Assembly: GCA_963768855.1 (NCBI GenBank)
Contig: CAVYJM010000021.1
Location: 32,001 to 96,000, forward strand
Reading direction: 5' to 3'
Length of the DNA: 64,000 nucleotides
From: an uncultured Thermoplasmata archaeon
GTDB taxonomy: Archaea > Thermoplasmatota > Thermoplasmata > RBG-16-68-12
In this document: positions 1-9,034 of the stretch, piece by piece
Layout: each line of letters opens with the position of its first letter
Numbering within the stretch: the first letter of the stretch is position 1
Made by a program: the position numbers and the translations under genes
Notes under the pieces: model-generated
Seen by the model: the letters and a program-made list of their open reading frames with translations, nothing else
Database searches by the model: none
Told to the model about the DNA's origin: nothing

Positions 1-641
1 ACGATGGCCTCCGCGGACCGCAGGAGGTCCACGACGGACGTGGCACCCGCAAAGCGCATCGCCTGGACCACCTCGGCCTCGTTGCCGAAGAAGTAGGTCG
101 CCATGCGGAAGAGCCGGCGGAACGACCGTCGATCGTACACGTAGCGGAGTTCTTGGGCGGGATCGAACGCGATCGGGCGTCCCAGCTCCTCCGCGGCCTC
201 GGCCACCTTCGTGTAGTACTCCGGGCGCCCCGTGCCGATGTGCACGAGCTCGACGTCGCGGACGCTGTGGCGGAGGACGGCGAGCCGCGGAGCGATCCGC
301 CACGGACCCTGGTCGATGATCGTCATCTGCTGCCCCTTGGGGTCCGAGAAGACCCAGGCCGTCGGGGTGGGATGGCCCGGCACCTTTCGGAGATCCCGCA
401 GGTCCACGCCGTCCTTCACGAGCGCGATTCGATAGTCCTCGGGGAAGTCGCTGCCCACGAACGATGCCAGGGACGCCTTCGTGCCGAGGCGGGCCGCCGC
501 CCGCGCAAGGTTCCCTGCCGTGCCGCCGAAGTAGCGTTTCCGGTCGAGGATCTCGATCGATGTGTCGGGTCGCGGCAGATGGGGGACCGTGACGATGTGG
601 TCCAAGACGACATGGCCGAAGACCCCCACGAAATTCCTCAT
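1..641 (-). CDS. PfkB-family carbohydrate/nucleoside kinase (3' end runs off the window)
   Basis: Own translation: MRNFVGVFGHVVLDHI...RYFGGTAGNLARAAARLG...FDPAQ...FFGNEAE, PfkB signature 1 and the N-x-x-E motif. ATGA overlap with the upstream gene; alternative ATG at 647. Confidence 0.85.
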   Translation of the reverse strand, partial: MRNFVGVFGHVVLDHIVTVPHLPRPDTSIEILDRKRYFGGTAGNLARAAARLGTKASLASFVGSDFPEDYRIALVKDGVDLRDLRKVPGHPTPTAWVFSDPKGQQMTIIDQGPWRIAPRLAVLRHSVRDVELVHIGTGRPEYYTKVAEAAEELGRPIAFDPAQELRYVYDRRSFRRLFRMATYFFGNEAEVVQAMRFAGATSVVDLLRSAEAI

Positions 642-1276
642 CGCCATCGTTCCATCTCCCGCTGGACATCGGCAAAGGTGTCGAAGGGGATGAAATCGAT
701 CTCCTCTTCGCGGCACAGGTCGGCGAGCTCCTTCTTCGCGAAAACGAGGTCCGCCTCGATGGCGGGGCAGAGGTCCGAGTGGCCGTCGCCGATGTAGGCG
801 ACCCGGTAGCCCTCCGTGCGCAGCTCGAAGAGCCGGTGGAGCTTGCACGTGCCGCAGAGGTTGCAGGTCGGGTCCGCGTACGGATACGAGATGACGACCC
901 GGCCCGCGTCGAACGTCGCGCGGTTCGTCCGCACAGGCAGTGCGATCCGCCACTTGTCCAGCAGATACCGGAGGTAGAAATCGAGCCCCTCGCTCACGAT
1001 TTCCAGGGGCATCCCACGCGCTCGGCAGAAGTCCGCGAAGGCCGGGAACGTCTCGTCGAGGCGCACATGGGCGTCGACGAAACGGAGCATGTCCGCCTCC
1101 GTCGCGTGGACGAGGGCGAACTGCCGGATCATCGTCTCCCGGGTGCCGATCCTCCGGGCGCGGTGCTCCTCCTCGATGTCCCACCATTCCGGGGGCGCGA
1201 ACTCCTCGAGGATGTCCTCCGCGACATCCGTCCGAGTCACCGTCCCGTCGAAGTCGGTCAGCACCGCGCGCTTCAC
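638..1276 (-). CDS. MtnX-like HAD-IB phosphatase
   Basis: VLTDFDGTVT (HAD motif I), IVSEG, YIGDGHSDLCPAIEADLVFAK, C-x2-CGTCK. GTG start at 1276. Confidence 0.85.
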   Translation of the reverse strand: MKRAVLTDFDGTVTRTDVAEDILEEFAPPEWWDIEEEHRARRIGTRETMIRQFALVHATEADMLRFVDAHVRLDETFPAFADFCRARGMPLEIVSEGLDFYLRYLLDKWRIALPVRTNRATFDAGRVVISYPYADPTCNLCGTCKLHRLFELRTEGYRVAYIGDGHSDLCPAIEADLVFAKKELADLCREEEIDFIPFDTFADVQREMERWR

Positions 1277-1301
1277 GGGTCCGCCTCGGGCCCCCGGAGG
1301 T

Positions 1302-2540
1302 TCAGGTGCCCTCGTGCCACGACTCCAGGTACTTCTTCTGTGCGGCGGAGAGGGAGTCGATGCGGATGCCCATCGTCTCGAGCTTGAGCCGGGCGACCTT
1401 GTCGTCGAGGGCTTCCGGGACCGCATAAACGCGGGGCTCGAGGTCTCCCGCATGCTTCGCGAGGTGGGCGGCGCTCACGGCCTGGATTGCGAAACTCATG
1501 TCCATGATCTCGACGGGGTGGCCCTGGCCTGCGGCGAGGTTCACGAGGCGTCCCTCCGCGAGCACGTAGATCCGCTTGCCTCCCGCGATCGTGTACTCGT
1601 CCACGAACTCCCGCACGCGGCGCTTCGATTTTGCCGCGCGCTCGAGTTCCTTGAGCGCGATCTCGTTGTTGAAGTGGCCCGCGTTCGCGAGAACGACGCC
1701 GTCGCGGAGGGCGGGGAAGTGCTTCGCCGTCACGATGTCCTTGTCGCCGGTCGCGGAGACGATGAAGTCCGCGACCTTGGCGGCTTGGGCCATCGGCAGG
1801 ACCTCGTACCCGTCCATCGCGGCCTCGATGGCCCGGACCGGGTCGATCTCCGTGACGAGGACGCGAGCGCCCATCCCCTTGGCCCGCATCGCGATCCCAC
1901 GGCCGCACCAGCCGTAGCCCGCGACGACGAAAGCCTTGCCTGCGATCAGCAGGTTCGTCGCGTTCATAATCCCGTCAAACGTGCTCTGGCCCGTCCCGTA
2001 GCGGTTGTCGAACAGGTGCTTCATCTTCGCGTCGTTCACGTCGATGACGGGGAACTTGAGCTCGCCGTCCTTCTCCATGGAGCGCAGGCGGATGACGCCC
2101 GTGGTCGTCTCCTCGTTGCCGCCGCGGACCCCATCGAGGAGTTCGCGGCGCTTCGTGTGCAGCAGGAAGATCAGATCCGCGCCGTCGTCGATGACGAGGT
2201 CGGGTTTCAGGTCGAGGACCTTGTGGAGGCTGTCGTAGTACTCCTCCGTGGTCTGCCACTTCTTTGCGTACACGTCGAGGCCGTGCACCTCCTTGAGCGC
2301 GGCTACGACGCTGTCGTCTGTCGACAAAGGATTACAGGAGGCCAGTCGGACGTCGGCCCCGGCCTCCCTGAGCGTGAGCGCGAGCACCCCCGTCTTCGCC
2401 TCCGTGTGGAGCGCCATCCCGATCCGGAGGCCCTTGACGGCCTTGGACCGCTGGAGTTCCGTGCGGATGGCGGCCAGGACGGGCATATGGTCCCGCGCCC
2501 ATTCGAGGCGGCGTGCCCCGCGCTCCGCGAGCTCGGACAT
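1302..2540 (-). CDS. ahcY: Adenosylhomocysteinase (SAH hydrolase)
   Basis: SCNPLST, EETTTG, KHLFDNRYGTGQS, GYGWCGRG, GRLVNL, GHPVEIMDMSFA. Confidence 0.97.
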   Translation of the reverse strand: MSELAERGARRLEWARDHMPVLAAIRTELQRSKAVKGLRIGMALHTEAKTGVLALTLREAGADVRLASCNPLSTDDSVVAALKEVHGLDVYAKKWQTTEEYYDSLHKVLDLKPDLVIDDGADLIFLLHTKRRELLDGVRGGNEETTTGVIRLRSMEKDGELKFPVIDVNDAKMKHLFDNRYGTGQSTFDGIMNATNLLIAGKAFVVAGYGWCGRGIAMRAKGMGARVLVTEIDPVRAIEAAMDGYEVLPMAQAAKVADFIVSATGDKDIVTAKHFPALRDGVVLANAGHFNNEIALKELERAAKSKRRVREFVDEYTIAGGKRIYVLAEGRLVNLAAGQGHPVEIMDMSFAIQAVSAAHLAKHAGDLEPRVYAVPEALDDKVARLKLETMGIRIDSLSAAQKKYLESWHEGT

Positions 2541-2567
2541 CGCCGCGCCGATGCGCCGGATGCGATT

Positions 2568-3053
2568 TCAGCCTTCCGGTGCGGCGCGGTGACTCCGATA
2601 CGAGTCGGCGATGACGAACACGACCCCGAGGCCCAGGGCGCCGTAGAAGGCCGCGTCGATCGGCCAGGCCGCGTGGATGGCCGAGGGTGTGGACACCTGC
2701 CAGAACTCGATGCCGAGCAGGGTCTGCTCGAGCACCGCCGGCATGTACACGACCTCGCCAGCGGTCACGACCGGGCGGGCGTCCCCTTCGACGTACACGG
2801 GCACGGGGTTGTTCGGGTCGCCGCTGTCGATCCAGAGGACCGTCACGGACGGCCCCAGGAATGACGTATAGCTCACGTTGTCGACTTTCTCGTGGATCGT
2901 GACCTGGGCACCGACCGCATACCCCAGGAACCCGTTGCCCTGCTCATCGGCGCGCAGCTGCGGCCCGCTCACGGAGGTGAGGGGCCAGTACGCTACCGCG
3001 AGGAGCAGGCCCACGAGGGCGAGGGCGATACCCACGATCGCGAGTCGTTTCAT
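2568..3053 (-). CDS. Hypothetical membrane protein (N- and C-terminal TM helices, beta-rich external domain)
   Basis: MKRLAIVGIALALVGLLLAVAYW N-terminus and a hydrophobic C-terminal helix. Confidence 0.6.
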   Translation of the reverse strand: MKRLAIVGIALALVGLLLAVAYWPLTSVSGPQLRADEQGNGFLGYAVGAQVTIHEKVDNVSYTSFLGPSVTVLWIDSGDPNNPVPVYVEGDARPVVTAGEVVYMPAVLEQTLLGIEFWQVSTPSAIHAAWPIDAAFYGALGLGVVFVIADSYRSHRAAPEG

Positions 3054-3204
3054 GGTCTTCGTGCCTCCGATTCTCTTCCTGTCCGGCATCGGTCAAGAAC
3101 CTTGGCTGTTGAACAGGGGCACGAGGGTCGCGGAACGTCCCTCGGGTCGCGCATCGCTTCACGGAGGCCACGAAAACGTCGGTGGCCGACCGAATGGGAC
3201 GTCG

Positions 3205-4485
3205 TCACGCCTGCTTCTCAGGATCCTCGTGCGGGCGCGGCCTCGCGGGGGCCGGGATCTCCGGGAGGACGTCCTGAAGATGGAACTTGCGAAGGAGGCG
3301 CTTCATGATCGGAGGCGCGGCGAGCGTCGTGATCAGCGTCATCACGATCAGGGCGGAGTAGAGATCGGGCCCAATGATCCCGGCCGCCAGGCCGACCTGG
3401 GCGAGGATAAGTTCCATCATGCCCCGCGCGTTCAGGCCGAAGCCGAGGGCGACGAGCGGGGCGCCGCGGAACCCCGCGACCAGCCCGCCCAGGATGCCGC
3501 CAACGAACTTGCCCACGAACCCGATCGCGGTGACCTCCACAATCAGAGGGAGCGAGGCACCCGTGAGCGTGAACTGCAGGCCCACGAACCCGAAGAACAC
3601 GGGCGTCAGGAGGCCGAAGCTCACCGCCGACATGGACCGGCGGATCTGGTTGAACGCCTCCCGGCCCACGAGCTGGGGTGTGATCAGGACGCCGGCGTAG
3701 AACACCCCGACCGCAAAGTGGATCCCGAGGCTCTCCGCCGCGGTCGCGAGCAGGAACGCGAGGGCGATGCAGAGCGCGAAGGCGCTCTCCGGGGCCCTGA
3801 GCTTCTCAAGGAGCCGCTGCATCGCGGACGTGCCGTCGCCCGCCTCGCCGCCGATCCGGCGCAGCCCCCATCCGAAGAGGAGGATCAGGGCGACGAACCC
3901 GACGATTTTGAGGAGCACCACGGCCACGGTCCCCGGGTCCAGCGGTCCGCCGCCGAGGTTGTACAGGCTGACAACCAGCCCGAGCACCGCGAACGCGATG
4001 AGGTCGTTCGCGAGCGCGACGGACACGATCGCCCTTCCGAGGCGGCTGTGGAGGAGGTTCAGGTCGAGGAGGATCCGGACGCTCACCGGCAACGCGGTGA
4101 CCGCCATCGCGGTCGCCAGGAACAGGGAGTGCGCGACGTCGAAGCCTAGGGTCCCCGCGAACGCGTAGCCCAGGAAGAAGGGGAGGATGAACTCCACCGC
4201 GGCCACCACCGCGCTTCGCTCCTGGAAAGCCTGGCGCAGCCCTTCCCGGCCGAGCTCCATTCCCGCGAGCAAGACGAGCACGAAGATCCCGAGGGTGGAC
4301 ACCACCCCGAGCGAGGAGCCCAGGGAGGTCGCCGGGTTCGGGTCGATCCAGCCGAGGAGCGTGGGGCCGAGGAGGATTCCCGCGAGCACCTCGCCGAGCA
4401 TCGGGGACTGGTGGAGGCGCTCCATCGCCTCGCCCGCCAGGCGGGCGATGCCGAAGAGGAGCAGGAGCGCGAGGATCAGGTCCAC
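3205..4485 (-). CDS. Cation:proton antiporter (CPA2/Kef-like)
   Basis: About 12 TM helices; GEVLAGILLGP, TALPVSVRIL, LANDL, LNARGMMEL. Confidence 0.9.
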   Translation of the reverse strand: MDLILALLLLFGIARLAGEAMERLHQSPMLGEVLAGILLGPTLLGWIDPNPATSLGSSLGVVSTLGIFVLVLLAGMELGREGLRQAFQERSAVVAAVEFILPFFLGYAFAGTLGFDVAHSLFLATAMAVTALPVSVRILLDLNLLHSRLGRAIVSVALANDLIAFAVLGLVVSLYNLGGGPLDPGTVAVVLLKIVGFVALILLFGWGLRRIGGEAGDGTSAMQRLLEKLRAPESAFALCIALAFLLATAAESLGIHFAVGVFYAGVLITPQLVGREAFNQIRRSMSAVSFGLLTPVFFGFVGLQFTLTGASLPLIVEVTAIGFVGKFVGGILGGLVAGFRGAPLVALGFGLNARGMMELILAQVGLAAGIIGPDLYSALIVMTLITTLAAPPIMKRLLRKFHLQDVLPEIPAPARPRPHEDPEKQA

Positions 4486-4679
4486 GGGGCACGACCGCAG
4501 GCTGCCCGCGCCACCTCATGCCGCGGTATATAGCGGCTCCTGCGCGGTTATCTGCACCGGAACGCAGAGAGGTCGCTCCATGGAGGCGGCGAAGTAGAAT
4601 CGAGGGACCGCGCTTCAGCGTACGGTCCGTAGGAAATCTATAAGGGGTCACGGCCCAAGGATACGGGTGAGGTGCCAGC

Positions 4680-5135
4680 ATGGTGGGGATCCAGACGGCC
4701 GGTGCGGCCGTGTCGCCGGGCTCGGCGGACGGCGAGCAAATCTTGGAAGCCTTCTACGGTCTCCAGGGATCTTCGTTTGGGCACACGATCGTCTATGACC
4801 TCGTCTTCACGGACCGGCGGATCGTGGGGGTCGTCTTTGGATACACGGAGGGTGGTAACACGGGCGGTCCCATCGCCGGCACGCTCCTCATCAGGGAGTC
4901 CCGGAAACCTCGTCCGGGGTACCGTCTCCAAGACTTGGACGCGATGGTGGCCAAGCATCCGAAGTCCTTCTCGTTTCCGTATCCCTCCGTGCAGGAGGCG
5001 GCGATCAAAGGGATCCTCGAGAAGGCGATTCAGATCCGGTCGGGCCGGGAGCGGTACTACATCTACATCCCGAAGGAGCAGTTGCCCCGGGTGCAGTCCA
5101 TTCTTGCCCTGGTCTTGCCTCACCTCCCCGCGTGA
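4680..5135 (+). CDS. Hypothetical protein (possible PH-like fold)
   Basis: 151-aa ORF with SD (GAGGTG) and plausible composition; YDLVFTDRRIV. Confidence 0.55.
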   Translation: MVGIQTAGAAVSPGSADGEQILEAFYGLQGSSFGHTIVYDLVFTDRRIVGVVFGYTEGGNTGGPIAGTLLIRESRKPRPGYRLQDLDAMVAKHPKSFSFPYPSVQEAAIKGILEKAIQIRSGRERYYIYIPKEQLPRVQSILALVLPHLPA

Positions 5136-5210
5136 GGCGGGGTTGAGCCGTCCAGGTTGCCCACTTTCGGCGAGTCTTAATCTCCCGCCGTGGTAATGGC
5201 GTCGCCCTCC

Positions 5211-6029
5211 ATGACCCTCAAGGACAAGCTCCGCATCGGCTGCAGCGGCTGGGGCTACGACGACTGGCTCGGGAGCTACTACCCGAAGGAGACACCGAAG
5301 TCGGACTACCTGTCCCTGTACTCGAAGGTGTTCGACTGCGTCGAGGTGGACTCGTCCTTCTACCGCAACCCGGGCCCCGCGACGACGAAGTCCTGGTACA
5401 AGACCACCCCACCCGGCTTCCTGTTCACGATGAAGATGCCGAAGCGGATCACCCACGAGAAGAAGTTGCGGCAGGTGACGGAGCAGCTCGGGTGGTTCTA
5501 CGCCTCTGCGAAGGAGCTGAAGGAGAAGGCGGGACCCCTGGTGGCCCAGCTTCCCCCCTCGATCAAGTACGACCGCGACTGGACCGTGATGCAGGACTTC
5601 GTCAAGTCGCTCGACGCCTCGTATCGCCACGCGATCGAGTTCCGGCACGCCTCGTGGTTCCGCGAGGACGTCTATGGCCTCCTGAGGGACCGGAACGTGG
5701 CAATGGTCTGGACGGAGAATCAGTACCTGCGCAGCCCGTCGGCGGTCACCTCCGATTCGATCTACCTGCGCATGGTCGGGGACCGCGAGATCACGGAGTT
5801 CCACGAGGTCCAGAAGGACAAGTCCGCGGAGATGCGTGCGTGGTACAAGGAGCTCGAGGATGCTGCGGACTCCGTGAAGGGCGCGATGGTCTTCTTCAAT
5901 AACCACTACGCGGGGTTCGGGCCGGGCAGCGTGAACGAGTTCCGGCGCCTCGCGGGGCTCATGGAGTACGAATTCCCCGCGCAGGCCGGCGCCGGGATGG
6001 GCCAGAAGAGCCTCGTGGATTTCGGATGA
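5211..6029 (+). CDS. DUF72 (UPF0759/YecE) family protein with C-terminal PIP-box-like motif
   Basis: RIGCSGWGY, VEVDSSFY, QLPPS, AIEFRHASW, YLRMVG, FFNNHY; ends QKSLVDFG. TATA-like box about 30 nt upstream favours ATG 5211. Confidence 0.92.
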   Translation: MTLKDKLRIGCSGWGYDDWLGSYYPKETPKSDYLSLYSKVFDCVEVDSSFYRNPGPATTKSWYKTTPPGFLFTMKMPKRITHEKKLRQVTEQLGWFYASAKELKEKAGPLVAQLPPSIKYDRDWTVMQDFVKSLDASYRHAIEFRHASWFREDVYGLLRDRNVAMVWTENQYLRSPSAVTSDSIYLRMVGDREITEFHEVQKDKSAEMRAWYKELEDAADSVKGAMVFFNNHYAGFGPGSVNEFRRLAGLMEYEFPAQAGAGMGQKSLVDFG

Positions 6030-6042
6030 TCGACTCCTGAGG

Positions 6043-7692
6043 ATGTCCATGGCCGAAACCGCTCCGGACTCGAGCCGCGGGTTCCCGGTCATCCTGGTGC
6101 CCTACGATCCGGATTGGCCCGCGCAATTCGAGACGGAGAGGGACGCGATCCTCCGCGCGATCGGCGACCGGGTCGTGGCGATCGAGCACGTGGGGAGCAC
6201 CGCAGTCCCCGGTCTCCTGTCCAAGTCCACCCTCGACATCATGGTGGGCGTCTCCCGCCTCGACGGGGCGCAGGCCTGCATCGCGCCGCTGGAAGGCATC
6301 GGCTACGCCTACCGTCCCGACCTGGAGGCTGCGATGCCCGAACGTCGGTACTTCAACAAGGGCCCACGGGGCGCCCGGAGCTACCATCTCCACCTGGTCG
6401 AGTTCGGCCGGGAGTTCTGGATGCGCCACCTGCTCTTCCGCAACTTCCTGCGCGTCCATCCGGACCGCGCGGCGGCGTACGCGACCCTCAAGCAGGAGCT
6501 CGCGGCGAAGCACACCGCGGACCGGAATGCCTACACGGACGCGAAGGGTCCCTTCATCGAGGCCGCGGTCGCCGAGGCCCACACCGAGTTCGCGGGTCCC
6601 GATCCCGCGCGGGTGATCTTCCACGTGGACATGGACGCGTTCTATGTCAGCGTCGAGCGGCGGGAGAATCCGGAGCTCGTGGGCAAATCCGTCGTCGTGG
6701 GCGCGGACCCACGGGGCGGGAAAGGCCGCGGCGTTGTCATGGCGTGCAGCTATGAGGCCCGCCACCTCGGCATCCGGAGTGGCATGCCGATCGGGATGGC
6801 CTGGAAGAAGGTTCCCGAGGCCGTGTACCTGCCGCCGAACTACGACCTCTACGGCTCCGCGTCGGAGAGCGTCCTGGGCATCCTCCGCGGCTTCGCGGAT
6901 GTGCTCGAGCACCTGAGCATCGACGAGGCCTTCCTCGATATCACGTCGAAGGTCCACGGGTTTGACGATGTGGCGGGCTACGCCCAGGGGGTGAAGGCCG
7001 CTGTCCGCGAACGGGAAGGCCTGGCCTGCACGATTGGCGTCGCCCCGAACAAGTCCACCGCCAAGATCGCGTCGGACCTGGCGAAGCCCGACGGCCTCCT
7101 CGTCGTGCGTCCGGAGGAGGTCGCCCTGTTCCTGGCCCCGCTCCCGGTGACTCGGATCAGCGGGGTCGGGACGAAGACGGGGCAGGTCCTGGAGCATGCG
7201 GGGGTTCGCTCCATCGGGCAGCTCGCCGCGTTCCCGGGAGGCGAGCTGAAGAAGCTCCTCGGGAAGAACGCGGTGTGGCTGTGGGGCATCGCGAAGGGGA
7301 TCGAGCGGATGCCGGTCGAGGAGCGCCCCGACCCGAAGAGCATCAGCGTCGAACGCACCTTCGACCGGGATGTGGGCGACTGGCCCAAGGTCCTCGCGAC
7401 CCTGGACAGCATCTCGCACAACGTGTACCTGCGGGCGAAGGGCCAGGGCGCGGCGTTCCAGACCGTCGGGATCAAGGTGCGGTTCGAGGGGTTCCAGACG
7501 TTCCTGCGGGAGCGGAAGCTGCCCAGCCACATCCTCGATGAAGGCGCGCTGGCCCAGGTGACCCGCGATCTCGTGAAGGAGTTCGAGTCCCGCGGCCGAA
7601 AGGTCCGCTTGCTCGGCGTCCGCGTGACAGGCCTCGTACGACCGGGGACCCAACAGCCCACGCTGACCGAGTTCGAGGACGGGCCGACTTGA
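6043..7692 (+). CDS. dinB: GrpB (UPF0157) domain fused to Y-family DNA polymerase IV
   Basis: N-terminal YDPDWP...IEHVGSTAVPGL..K..LDI...HLHLV...FRNFLR..P...AY..LK (GrpB). From about nt 6610: HVDMDAFYVSVE, SYEAR..GIRSGM, SIDEAFLD, AKIASDLAKPDG, GVG.KT, VRLLGV. Ends QPTLTEF. Confidence 0.93.
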   Translation: MSMAETAPDSSRGFPVILVPYDPDWPAQFETERDAILRAIGDRVVAIEHVGSTAVPGLLSKSTLDIMVGVSRLDGAQACIAPLEGIGYAYRPDLEAAMPERRYFNKGPRGARSYHLHLVEFGREFWMRHLLFRNFLRVHPDRAAAYATLKQELAAKHTADRNAYTDAKGPFIEAAVAEAHTEFAGPDPARVIFHVDMDAFYVSVERRENPELVGKSVVVGADPRGGKGRGVVMACSYEARHLGIRSGMPIGMAWKKVPEAVYLPPNYDLYGSASESVLGILRGFADVLEHLSIDEAFLDITSKVHGFDDVAGYAQGVKAAVREREGLACTIGVAPNKSTAKIASDLAKPDGLLVVRPEEVALFLAPLPVTRISGVGTKTGQVLEHAGVRSIGQLAAFPGGELKKLLGKNAVWLWGIAKGIERMPVEERPDPKSISVERTFDRDVGDWPKVLATLDSISHNVYLRAKGQGAAFQTVGIKVRFEGFQTFLRERKLPSHILDEGALAQVTRDLVKEFESRGRKVRLLGVRVTGLVRPGTQQPTLTEFEDGPT

Positions 7693-7701
7693 AGTCTCCG
7701 T

Positions 7702-8940
7702 TCACTTGGCCAAGGGTGCCAGGAGGGGCAACGCGCCCTTCTCCTCCCGCAGGACGTCGCCGAGGATGCCGATCCCCTTGCGGATGTTCGCGTCGCTCGG
7801 GAAGCTGAAGTTGAGGCGCATGTGGTTGACCTCGGGCTTCCCGGCGTAGAAGCCGTGGCCGGCGACGTAGATCACGCCTCGGCTTGCGGCCCGCGGCAGG
7901 AGCTCCTTCGTGTCGATGGAGGGATCGATCGTCGTCCACAGGAACAGGCCGCCCTGGGGGCGCGTCCACTCCGTGTTGTCCGGCCAGGTCTGATCGAGGG
8001 TCTCGAGCATCACGTCCCGCTTGCGGCGGTACAGCCGGCGGATTTTGGGCAGGTGCTTCTTCATGAGCCCCAGGCTCAGATACCGCTCCGCGACCCGCTG
8101 GCCGAAGCCGTTCGTGAAGAGGTCCACGCCCTGCTTCGCGAGGGCCATCTTCGCGATCAAGTCGGACGGTCCGTGCGCGAAGCCGACCCGGAAGCCCGGT
8201 GCGAGGACCTTGCTGAAACTGCCCAAATAGATGACCCATCCTTCCTTGTCGAGGGAGGCGATCGGTGGCACGGGCTCGCCTTCGAACCGCACGTCGTAGT
8301 ACGGATCGTCCTCGATGACGGGGATCTCGTACTGCGCCGCGAGGTCGACGAGCGCTCGCCGGCGGCGCAGGGACATCGTCACGCCCGTGGGGTTGTGGAA
8401 CGTCGGGACGACGTAGAGGAACTTGGGCCGGATGCGGTCCATGGCCAGCGCCCTCAGGTTCTCCTCGAGGACGTCCGTCAGGATGCCCTCCTCGTCCGTG
8501 GGCACGCCGTGGTACATCGGCTGGTACACACTGATCGCGGTGAAGATCCCCAGGTACGTGGGCTGGGTGACCATCGCGATGTCGCCCGGGTCCAGGAAGA
8601 CGCGGCCGAAGAGCTCGAGCGCCTGCTGGGCGCCGTGGGTGACGATGATCTGTTCCGGGTTCGCGGCGATCCCGCGCGACTTCATCATCGTCGCGAGGGC
8701 CTGCTTCAGGAGCGGGTCCCCGGGCGTCGGGCCATACTGTAACGACGGCGTGTCGTCCTCGTTCAGGAGTTCCTCGAAGACGATCTTGAGGTCCTCGACC
8801 GGGAACGCATCCGGGCTCGGCAGCCCGCCTCCGAAGCTGATCACCGTGGGGTCCTGCGAATACTTCAGGAGTTCCCGCACGTCCGACCCCTTCAGTAGCT
8901 TCGCGCGCTCCGAGAACAGAGGTTCGAGGTTGGGCGCCAT
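7702..8940 (-). CDS. PLP-dependent aminotransferase class I/II (LysN/ARO8-like)
   Basis: ISFGGGLP, QYGPTPG, PTFHNPTG, IEDDPY, GSFSKVLAPGFRVG, MRLNFS. Confidence 0.92.
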   Translation of the reverse strand: MAPNLEPLFSERAKLLKGSDVRELLKYSQDPTVISFGGGLPSPDAFPVEDLKIVFEELLNEDDTPSLQYGPTPGDPLLKQALATMMKSRGIAANPEQIIVTHGAQQALELFGRVFLDPGDIAMVTQPTYLGIFTAISVYQPMYHGVPTDEEGILTDVLEENLRALAMDRIRPKFLYVVPTFHNPTGVTMSLRRRRALVDLAAQYEIPVIEDDPYYDVRFEGEPVPPIASLDKEGWVIYLGSFSKVLAPGFRVGFAHGPSDLIAKMALAKQGVDLFTNGFGQRVAERYLSLGLMKKHLPKIRRLYRRKRDVMLETLDQTWPDNTEWTRPQGGLFLWTTIDPSIDTKELLPRAASRGVIYVAGHGFYAGKPEVNHMRLNFSFPSDANIRKGIGILGDVLREEKGALPLLAPLAK

Positions 8941-9034
8941 GGCTATCGAGCGAATATACGTCGGCCCCTGCCTCTGAACCAATTGCATATTCCGTAAGGT
9001 TGAGAAAACTTGACACGACGCGAGATTGCACGGA

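Noticed and set aside
1089-2864. Long antisense or shifted ORFs (also 5959-7653, 18588-20822, 19883-21631, 21931-23682, 40011-40868 and many more)
   Set aside because: They are shadows of well-supported genes in GC-rich DNA, have Arg/Pro/Gly-rich translations and carry no recognisable motifs.
4486-4679. Fluoride or Na+ riboswitch upstream of the antiporter
   Set aside because: No match to the consensus that I could recognise; a TATA-like box close to the start leaves little leader.
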